Below are positions 21,677 to 29,948 of a stretch of DNA of 29,948 nt, one piece after another. Position numbers and translations under genes: made by a program. The stretch's first letter is position 1, and each line of letters begins with the position of its first letter. Below the pieces are notes generated by a model, which was given only the letters and a program-made list of their open reading frames with translations, had not been told where the DNA came from and ran no database searches. This DNA comes from Macrostomum lignano (Eukaryota): NCBI GenBank assembly GCA_002269645.1, contig NIVC01002966.1:1-29948 (forward strand). Direction: 5' to 3'.

Positions 21677-21743
21677 CAACAGAGTATGGTGATACAAGAA
21701 GCAGATTAATAAATAACAGCAATGAATTTGTGCAGATATCCAT
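21677..21743 (-). CDS. BMPER: Crossveinless-2/BMPER exon 1 (signal peptide)
   Basis: MDICTNSLLLFINLLLVSPYSVG is a hydrophobic leader; phase-1 donor G|GTGAGT at 21676; the nine exons sum to 2076 nt (691 aa plus stop). Confidence 0.78.
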
Positions 21744-21949
21744 AAGGTTCTCGTAATTCCAATTGTTAATTTTCGCTATCGAAAACCGTGTTCGCTTTAT
21801 CAGCTATTCTATCCATCGTATTTATATCTGGACTTTATTATCACGACATTCTGATTGGTTCATCGGTTTGCTTTACAACTTAATTGACTTTTCGGTAGGA
21901 CAGTGACTATTCGGCAAATTGGGGAGCTGGGGAAGAATATTGAGAATAA

Positions 21950-22752
21950 GATGAAAGAGGAGAGAAAGAAAGAGAAAGGTGGGAGAGGGGAGAGATGCAA
22001 ATAGAGGTTAAAGACGGGAAGACCGAAAAAGATAGAAGAGAAGGAAGAAAGGGGAGAGGATGGAGAGACGGAGAGAGGGGAGAGGGAGAGAGGAGAGATG
22101 AGAGAGAGGGGGAGAGAGAGAGGGGGGAGAGGGAGAGAGGGGGAGAGGGAGAGAGGAGAGATGGGAGAGAGGGGGAGAGAGGGAAATAGGAGAGATGAGA
22201 GAGGGGGAGAGAGGGAAATAGGAGAGATGAGAGAGGGGGAGAGAGGGAGAGAGGAAAGATGAGAGAGGGAGAGAGAGGGAGAGAGGAGAGATGAGAGGGG
22301 GAGAGAGGGAGAGAGGAGAGATGAGAGAGGGGGAGAGAGGGAGAGAGGAGAGATGAGAGAGGGGGAGAGAGGGAGAGAGGAGAGATGAGAGAGGGGGAGA
22401 GAGGGAAAGAGGAGAGATGAGAGAGGGGGAGAGAGGGAAAGAGGAGAGATGAGAGAGGGGGGAGAGGGAGAGAGGAGAGATGAGAGAGGGGAGAGAGGGA
22501 GAGAGGAGAGATGAGAGAGGGGGAGAGAGGGAGAGAGGAAAGATGAGAGAGGGAGAGAGAGGGAGAGAGGAGAGATGAGAGGGGGAGGGAGGGAGAGAGG
22601 AGAGATGAGAGAGGGGAGAGAGGGAGAGAGGAGAGATGAGAGAGGGGAGAGAGGGAGAGAGGAGAGATGAGAGAGGGGGGAGAGGGAGAGAGGAGAGATG
22701 AGAGAGGGGGAGAGAGGGAAAGAGGAGAGATGAGAGAGGGGGAGAGAGGGAA
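21950..22752. repeat. GA-only compound repeat with an approximately 25-28 bp unit (GAGAGGGAGAGAGGAGAGATGAGAGAGGGG)
   Basis: Direct reading; nearly pure purine strand. Confidence 0.95.
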
Positions 22753-22844
22753 AGAGTCGTAAAACCCTTAAGCACTGGCGCGGTAGCGCAGATGCTTAAG
22801 CGAATTGTAGATGTTTGGAATATTTTATATTCTTCCTGAGAGGG

Positions 22845-23135
22845 TAGACGGGAAAGAGGGAGAAAGGGAGAGAGGGAGAGAGAGAATAGAGAGAGAAGAG
22901 AGAGAGGAAAGGAGGAAGAGAAGTAGAAAAGGCAGGTTGGGAAGAGGAACAAGAGAGAGGGATAAGGAGAGGGGGAGAAGGAGAGAGGGTAGAAGGGATG
23001 GGGGAGAGAGAGGGAGAGGGAGAGGGAGAGGGAGAGGAGTGAGGAGAGATAGGGAAAGAAGTAGTGGTGGAGCGGGGGAGAGGGAGAGGGAGGGAAAGAG
23101 ACTTGAGTGGATTACCAAGAAGAGATAGGAAAGAG
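22845..23135. repeat. GA-rich low-complexity tract
   Basis: Direct reading. Confidence 0.9.
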
Positions 23136-23744
23136 TAAACTCAGAACGGGTTGAAATGAACTCTTCCGTACAGACCACCATATTGGATCTAGAAATCCTG
23201 ATAAAGCATCAGTGGTCGCATACGGCTTTCTAAGAAAAGCAGTGAAAGTCGGTTCTAGCTAAGTTAGAAATAAAAAAAACTGTTTAGAGTCCAGCGCGCT
23301 AACAGTCATGAGCCCACTTTGGCTGGTCAATTGCATGTGACTTAAGTGAAACTTTTCAGCGGGCAGCTCAACTGATAAGAGCTCAGCACTGCAATTGACT
23401 TACAGATTTTTGTGCCTAGATATGCCATGCTCTGTTATCAAAGCCCTGTCTCACTCTACAGGTCATAAGGCTAACTGGTTTCTACACTGTAAAGCGTTGA
23501 GCATTGAGAAGCAGGGTATTCGTTTCTGCTTTGGATTTTGGAGCTAACAATTTTGAAATCAGAAATGCGAGAGCGGCAGCTGAACTGGTGCCAGCTGGCA
23601 GTCTGTCTAGCTACCCTAGTTAGCTTGGCTGAGTGTGGACGTGCGTCTTATTGTTCGAAAGTGGAAAATGAAGGTTAGGTTCTGCACTATTGTATTTAGC
23701 GTTTGCTTTGACCTTGGTATATACTGAAGCCTCGATAGCACCCC

Positions 23745-24325
23745 TAGATCCACCAAAGGACCCCTTAATCCTCCAAATGACCCCAAGATCCTCTAAAGGA
23801 CCCATGTTCCTCCAAAGGACTCCTTGATTCTACAAGTAGCCCCTTGGTTCCACAGAAGACCTCTTGATTGTTCGAAGGGCCCTTTGATCCTACAGGAAGC
23901 CCTTGATCCTCCAAACGACCCCTTTGATCTCCTAAAGGACTCCTTGATCCTACAGAGGACCCCACGATCCTCCAAGACATCCTTATCCTCCAAAGGACCC
24001 CATGATCCTCTAAAGGACCTCATGATCCTCCAAAGGACCTCATGATCCTCCAAAGGACCCCATGATCCTCCAAAGGACCCCATGATCATCTAGCGGACCT
24101 CTTGATCCTCAAGCGGACTTCTTGATCCTCCAAAGGACCTCATGATCCTCCAAAGGACCCCATGATCCTCCAAAGGACCTCATGATCCTCCAAAGGACCC
24201 CATGATCATCTAGCGGACCTCTTGATCCTCAAGCGGACTTCTTGATCCTCCAAAGGACCCCTTGATACACCAAAGAACCTCCCATTGATCCTTCAGCAAA
24301 CCTCTTCGTCCTTAACGATCCTTCA
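23745..24325. repeat. 20-bp minisatellite (TGATCCTCCAAAGGACCCCA) with short higher-order duplications
   Basis: Direct reading; variant TGATCATCTAGCGGACCTCTTGATCCTCAAGCGGACTT recurs 120 bp apart. Confidence 0.95.
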
Positions 24326-24548
24326 GTGAACCATCAGTGTAGGGAGAGCCAGGAGGCGTAACGGACGCCAGACATTAGCACAGTTGGCCTGGATTAAAAT
24401 TATTCCTGACTACTAAAACAGTGTTTCAGCATGATAGCTGCGTTGAAAGCCTCATTGAAAATCTCACTTTTTAGTGCTGCAGAGTGTATTTTAGCTATTT
24501 GAAGTTTCTCACAGATTCGCAGTGTCCCGGCACAAATCAACCTTGCAG

Positions 24549-24746
24549 GCCCATCGCCACCGTCAATTTCGAATATTTTTCAAGCCAAAATCGAAATGAA
24601 GGATAAGGTGCGCAACAAATCCACCGAGATGGAGATGTGGTTCGAGTCTGAGCAGCAATTGGCTCGGCTCAACATGCTGCAGGAGAGCACAGAGTACGAT
24701 GCGTACTATTCGTTCAAAACTCAAGAGATATTCATTGTCTCTAAAG
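24549..24746 (+). CDS. Ependymin/LolA-like repeat-domain protein, first exon identified (5' end uncertain; alternative in-frame acceptor at 24515)
   Basis: PSPPSISNIFQAKIEMKDKVRNKSTEMEMWFESEQQLARLNMLQESTEYDAYYSFKTQEIFIVSK; donor G|GTGGG at 24747. Confidence 0.75.
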
Positions 24747-24832
24747 GTGGGAACAGATTTGTCAATTAAAATTCGAGCTGAAACGTTTACGTCGTAATCA
24801 ATACTTGAGTGCACTTTTATTATCACTTGCAG

Positions 24833-24963
24833 AATTTCCCTGCACAGTATTCAATATGACAGCCAGAAACGAGCTGGTGGTACTCATTGGCAAGTCTGTG
24901 AACGGAAAAATTGTGCCTAAAGATACGATGAGCATGTTTCGGCTGAATCCTGAGTTTGGAATT
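24833..24963 (+). CDS. Ependymin/LolA-like repeat-domain protein, exon
   Basis: EFPCTVFNMTARNELVVLIGKSVNGKIVPKDTMSMFRLNPEFGI; CTTGCAG acceptor, GTGAGT donor, phases consistent. Confidence 0.8.
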
Positions 24964-25224
24964 GTGAGTCGTTGAATAGTTTGGAGATTTGGTTTAATGA
25001 ACAGGTGGGGCATAGCCCAGTTGTCTAGCATGGCGTTCTGATGTGTCCTCAATTCCAAGTGCAGTCACATTAATTTTGGGACGAAATTGAAATCTCGGAT
25101 TGACTCTGCTCGTGCAATTAATGCACAACTTGAGGGCCAGCCCCCAAGACAGTGAAGTGCACATGCCTAACGATAAATAAAGTTAGGACCGCTGTACACT
25201 ATCGTTCGAGATAGTGTACGTATA

Positions 25225-25362
25225 GCGTACGCATCCGCGCGCTTGTGTGCCTGCTCAGGGGAGTCGGCGAAATGGGCACATTGTCACACAACTGGCTCTC
25301 GCCGGTTGTGTGACAATTGTCGCTTAAAGTGCGCCAGGGTGCACACAGCCACCCTGCCTCTA
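25225..25362 (-). repeat. Dispersed repeat, copy 2 (inverted relative to 18417), with an internal 17-bp-stem hairpin
   Basis: Reverse complement matches 18417-18545; hairpin ATTGTCACACAACTGGC-TCTC-GCCGGTTGTGTGACAAT at 25280-25317. Confidence 0.8.
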
Positions 25363-25498
25363 ATAAAAAAGGGGGATCTGTTGTTTAATTATTTAGCAAA
25401 CAAACAATCGAACTCAGGATATATGATGAGAAGTTTGGCCCGCTGACTAACGAGACTATTAGATTTTGTATGCAGCTACTGTGTCCCCCCTTTTCCAG

Positions 25499-25610
25499 AA
25501 ATACTTTGCCACCGACACGAAAATTCGAGGCATTGCGTCTGACCGATGGTACAGCTGTCAGAGTTGGCCAGAGATGAACTCGGAATTAGAGGTCAACTGG
25601 TACTTTTCGA
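25499..25610 (+). CDS. Ependymin/LolA-like repeat-domain protein, exon
   Basis: KYFATDTKIRGIASDRWYSCQSWPEMNSELEVNWYFS contains an RGIxxDxW motif; TTTTCCAG acceptor, A|GTGAG donor. Confidence 0.85.
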
Positions 25611-25915
25611 GTGAGCCCAAATCATAATTCATAATTATGTTGAGTAGAATTTACAACATTTACTCGTTTCTGAAGGTGGAAATTGTAAAAAAATTGTTAG
25701 GATTTTGTCGGAAGCTGGATGTATACCGTTAGGACATAGATACACTCTGACAAAAATTAGTGATTCCTACTGAAAAAATTCTGAAATTATATCAAGTGCT
25801 GTTGATTTTATGCATAATTGGAAATAAATTGTAATGTTGCCTTCTGTTTCTGAACAGCAAGAAAGGAGCTGTCTATATAATTTAAAAGAAGTTGCCCCCC
25901 CCATTTTCACTCCAG

Positions 25916-26070
25916 AACCCGGATGGAGCTCTCCATCGGCAGCCCCGATCCCGCTGCGTATAGAAATGCACGGAGTTCGCACTGAGTCAAACATTACGAG
26001 AAATTTCTATCACGTGTACGACTTTGTTCAATTTCGAAACTACCTGGAATCTCCAATGTCAGTATTTCAG
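25916..26070 (+). CDS. Ependymin/LolA-like repeat-domain protein, exon
   Basis: PGWSSPSAAPIPLRIEMHGVRTESNITRNFYHVYDFVQFRNYLESPMSVFQ; ACTCCAG acceptor, CAG|GTTAG donor. Confidence 0.85.
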
Positions 26071-26355
26071 GTTAGATTTTATTTTAAGCATTTTTATTTG
26101 CCTCACTGACAATTTCACTGCCTCACTGACTTTCTGAGAACAGTGGCCTAGCAGCCAGCGAGGACACCTATTCTTAAATCAAACTTGTAAACTTGACAAT
26201 TGTCCAAAGTTCAAATAGGTTCGATTTAATTTGAGCTTTGACACTCGGCCCTGAGCACTCGACATCGCTTGATTCGGAATTCTCCTATGGCAATTCTCCT
26301 ATGACAAAAAACTGGGAGCAAAATTCGACTCATTTTATATTCTATTCAATTCTAG

Positions 26356-26781
26356 ACACCGCAAGGCACCTACTGCCGTGACCGGATCAGGACCAAGCCT
26401 CTGCCTGACCTGCACCCAATCATGACCTTCACCTGGGAGGTGATAGCCGGACGTGCTGAAGCGCTGGACTCGGTCTTTTATGGGAGATTAAGCTACGACA
26501 GCTCGCAAAACATGGTCCGCTACGACTACAGAGAGCCCGAATCCATGTACAAAGGTCCATTTTACAATATAGGCACCCTGACTGTTATTCACGACTTTAA
26601 TTCTGGTGTGGCTTATTATATCGACGGAGTGAGAGGGAACTGCACAGACCAGGCCATCGGGTCCGAGTTCATCGACACGAACGATGTGGACATCATCGAC
26701 TCGCCTGGTTGGCACCTGGTTGAGCTGAGGAGTCCTAAAGACCTGTTCCGGTTCGATGACTCTTACCAGTATGAGGGCAAG
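26356..26781 (+). CDS. Ependymin/LolA-like repeat-domain protein, exon starting a second repeat; gene continues
   Basis: TPQGTYCRDRIRTKPLPDLHPIMTFTWEVIA...YDSSQNMVRYDY...IHDFNSGVAYYID...GNCT...DLFRFDDSYQYEGK; TTCTAG acceptor, AAG|GTAAG donor; 426 nt. Confidence 0.88.
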
Positions 26782-26797
26782 GTAAGGCGTTTCTGGG

Positions 26798-27415
26798 CGC
26801 TTACGGACATTTCCCCTCCGGCGTTTCCCCTCCGGACACTTCCCCTCCGGCGTTTCCCCTCCGGACACTTCCCCTCCGGCGTTTCCCCTCCGGACATTTC
26901 CCCTCTGGATATTTCCCCTCCGGACATTTCCCCTTCATCTATAACGAAATAACAGTGCCTTCGGACATGTCCAAAGAGAACATAAGTTGCATGTATATAT
27001 ATATGTATGTATAGCAGCATAGCCACATATATATTAATAATAAAGAGAATAATAATATATTATATTATAATTTTATTATAATAAAACCTATAATAAAACA
27101 TAATAAAACCATCTACTCTCACTTTTTACTTACATAATTTTTAAAATAAAAGCGATCTAACAGCATAACTACATGGATGTGACGAACATGCGTGCAAAAC
27201 TTTTTTTGGCATGTTCTGAAGCTCTGTTATTTCGTTATAGCTGGATGGGAAATGTCCGGAGGGGAAACGCCGCCGAGGGGAAATGTCCGGAGGGGAAACG
27301 CCGCCGAGGGGAAATGTCCGGATGGGGAAATGTCCGGAGGGGAAACGCCGCCGAGGGGAAATGTCCGGAGGGGAATCGCCGGAGGGGAAACGCCTGAGGG
27401 AAATGTCCGGTAGCC
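26798..27415. mobile_element. Non-autonomous foldback (Mutator-like) MITE, 618 bp, with a 9-bp TSD
   Basis: Exact direct repeat GTTTCTGGG at 26789-26797 and 27416-27424. Ends CGCTTACGGACATTTCCC versus reverse-complemented GGCTACCGGACATTTCCC. Each arm is an array of 14-15 bp CGGACATTTCCCCTC units plus unique inverted sequence (TATAACGAAATAACAG) around an AT-rich spacer. Confidence 0.85.
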
Positions 27416-27901
27416 GTTTCTGGGGCGCTGCAGAGGGGGGGGGCAAAGCGTGCGCGGCCTTGTTGTGTGCACGAAAATTGACCAGTAGGTTGTTGTGCGA
27501 TTCCCACCCATGAGGGCCAACCCCAAGGCCCAGAGACTGTACATGCCTGCCGACTAGAAAATCAAAGTCAGGGCCGCTGTAACACCTTGTGTGAGCGTGT
27601 GTACGACTGCGCGCCTGCGTACAGTGTTGGCTTGCTTATATGTGCTCAGGAGTTAGCGGAATGAGCGGAATCGTCTCAGTGCTGGTTGTGGTACGTACGA
27701 TATCGCCAGAAGCCACCGAGATACAACTCTCCTGTGAATATTTTGGGGTCACTTTCGCAAGGCCGACATTTCGAGGTTATGAAAGATTCATTTGATGATG
27801 TGAAATTTTTAGCTTATGAAACGAATTTTGGAACAAGAGTTTGCTACTCAGAATAAAAGTTTGCGTAATCTTATGGCGCTTGCTTTAACTACGTTATTTT
27901 C

Positions 27902-28050
27902 ATCCTATATACTAAAAATGAGTTGGCTGTGGGTAGGTAGGTAGGTAGGTATGCGATAGATTTCAGAAAAAATGGCTCGACTGATTTTTTTTAAAACTTG
28001 CACCATTCGATCAGAAATTTTCCTGGGACGGTACATGCATCTTGGCTAAG
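27902..28050 (+). mobile_element. Helitron-like non-autonomous element, 5' end (3' end not located)
   Basis: A|TCCTATATACTAAAAATG followed by a (GTAG)n microsatellite and GGCTCGACTGATTTTTTTTAAAACTTG, a layout typical of invertebrate non-autonomous Helitrons. Confidence 0.45.
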
Positions 28051-28387
28051 AAATTGCTCAATATTAAAGGGATTAAATATTCGAAAAACATGCTTTTTGC
28101 AAAGGTCAAGCAGCTCTTTCGACCTGAAATGCATTGTAAGAATGCTAGAGACAAAACTGACTGACTGAATTCCAATTGTGATAAAGATTACATCACAACC
28201 AGTTGAAAACAGTGCCGAAGAAATGCACACAAAACTTGATTTAAATTGCGTAACAATATTGCTAACTTAATTGACACTGATACTGGCTGACTGAGAAATT
28301 GATTATGTCATAACTTTTTACTCTAATTGACTTGCTGTAAGAATTGAATTATAAGGGCCACAATTCATGTTCTCCAATTGACGAGAG

Positions 28388-28452
28388 ATAGCATAGATGC
28401 GAACAGACTGGACTGCTAATGCAGCGACCTGGGTTCGAATCTTAGTAGTGCA
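28388..28452 (+). pseudogene. Degenerate tRNA-like sequence (SINE head or tRNA pseudogene)
   Basis: Anticodon-like arm CTGGA-CTGCTAA-TGCAG (GCT) and T-arm CTGGG-TTCGAAT-CTTAG; no acceptor stem. Confidence 0.3.
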
Positions 28453-28524
28453 AAAAGATTTTTTTATTAAAACACCTTAAAAACACGAAATGCTAAACAC
28501 AAAAAAGCACAAAGTCAAAATTAA

Positions 28525-29846
28525 AAGAGCCACTATATCGAACATTAAAGAGCCACCATGTCTAACATTAAAGAGCCACCATGTCGAACATTAAAGAGCC
28601 ACTATGTCAAACATTAAAGAGCCACCATGTCGAACATTCAAGAGCCCCATGTCCAACATGTATGTGACTCCATGTCAAACATTAAAGAGCCACCATGTCA
28701 AACATATATGTGACTTCATGTCAAACAGTAAAGAGCCACCATGTCAAACATTAAAGGGCCACCATGTCGAACATTAAAGAGCCACCATGTCAAACACTAA
28801 AGAGCCACCATGTCAAACATAAAAGGACCACCATGTCAAACATTAAAGAGCACCATGTCAAAAATTAAACAGCCACCATGTCTAACATTAAAGAGCCACC
28901 ATGTCAAACATAAAAGATACACAATTTCAAACGTAAAAGTAAGCGTCATGTCAATTTTAAAGGAGCCACTATAGAGCTAAGGAAATTGTTGCACTAGCTA
29001 CTTATTGTCTGGTGGATGCTTACTATTTGGGGATGCTTGCTATCTGGGGGATGCTTGCTATCCGGGAGGGGGGATGCTTCCTATCTGGGGGATGCTTGCT
29101 ATCTGGGGGATGCTTGCTATCTCGGGGAATATTAAAGAGCCACCATGTCAAACATTAAAGAGCCACCATGTCAAACATAAAAGAGCCACCATGCCAAACA
29201 TAAAAGAGCCACCATGTCGAACATTAAAGAGCCACCATGCCAAAAATAAAAGAGCCACCATGTCAAACATAAAAGAGCCACCATGTCAAACATAAGAGAG
29301 CCACCATGTCACACATAAGAGAGCCACCATGCCAAACATAAAAGAGCCACCATGTCAAACATAAAAGAGCCACCATGTCGAACATTAAAGAGCCACCATG
29401 TCACACATAAGAGAGCCACCATGCCAAACATAAAAGAGCCACCATATCAAACATAAAAAATACACAATTTCAAACGTAAAAGTAAGCGTCATGCCAATTT
29501 TAAAGGAGCCACTATAGAGCTAAGGAAATTGTTGCACTAGCTACTTATTGTCTGGTGGATGCTTACTATTTGGGGATGCTTGCTATCTGGGGGATGCTCG
29601 CTATCTGGAGGGGGATGCTTGCTATCTGGGGATGCTTGCTATTTGGGGGATGCTTGCTATCTGGGGGATGCTTGCTATCTGGGGGATGCTTGCTATTTGG
29701 GGGATGCTTGCTATCTGGGGACGCTTGCTATCTGGGGGATGCTTGCTATTTGGGGGATGCTTGCTATCTGGGGGATGCTTGCTATCTGGGGGATGCTTGC
29801 AATCTGGGGGATGCTTGCTATCTGGGGGATGCTTGCTGTCTTGGGA
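28525..29846. repeat. Composite satellite: [23-bp array + about 90-bp spacer + 18-bp array] x2, spacer copies 543 bp apart
   Basis: Unit A AAACATTAAAGAGCCACCATGTC, unit B GGGGGATGCTTGCTATCT; near-identical spacer at 28918 and 29461. Confidence 0.95.
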
Positions 29847-29948
29847 TGATTTCTTTTTGCATTACACTTTATTTGAGCAGTTTTTCTGTTGTCTTTGTGA
29901 AGGCTTTATTTGGCTGTCTTTTTGTTACTTTTAGAGAACAGAGATTCT

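Noticed and set aside
21995-24089. Long Ser/Leu/Pro and Glu/Arg/Gly ORFs, including the 314-aa one
   Set aside because: Translations of GA tracts and the 20-bp array.
26782-26952. C-terminal part of the 176-aa ORF at 26422
   Set aside because: Lies past a strong AAG|GTAAG donor and is MITE repeat sequence; the true exon starts at 26356 and ends at 26781.
29005-29934. GGCLLS/WGMLAI/GDACYL repeat ORFs
   Set aside because: Frames of the 18-bp and 23-bp satellites.

Overview
Eukaryotic (metazoan invertebrate) genomic DNA with GT-AG introns and very dense simple and tandem repeats; the style suggests a flatworm such as Macrostomum, which is inference only. Four spliced genes were reconstructed by hand. 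(1) First coding exon of a class A neuropeptide GPCR, SIFamide/NPFF-receptor-like (minus, 2468-2732; the rest is probably outside the window). (2) Complete two-exon, strongly diverged CNOT9/Rcd1 homolog (minus, 439 aa). (3) Complete nine-exon Crossveinless-2/BMPER homolog (minus, 691 aa: signal peptide, 5 VWC, VWD, C8, TIL) that lacks the GDPH autocleavage motif and carries an Arg-rich insert. (4) Five exons of a plus-strand gene with repeated ependymin/LolA-like beta domains (partial). There is also an orphan polyQ ORF. Non-coding highlights: a minimal hammerhead-ribozyme motif in sense orientation inside a cv-2 intron, a Mutator-like foldback MITE with an exact 9-bp TSD, a CORE-type tRNA SINE, Helitron-like 5' ends, five unrelated 20-21 bp minisatellites and a composite higher-order satellite. 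Most ORFs in the supplied track are repeat or antisense artefacts. All family assignments are from recalled motifs, not database searches.
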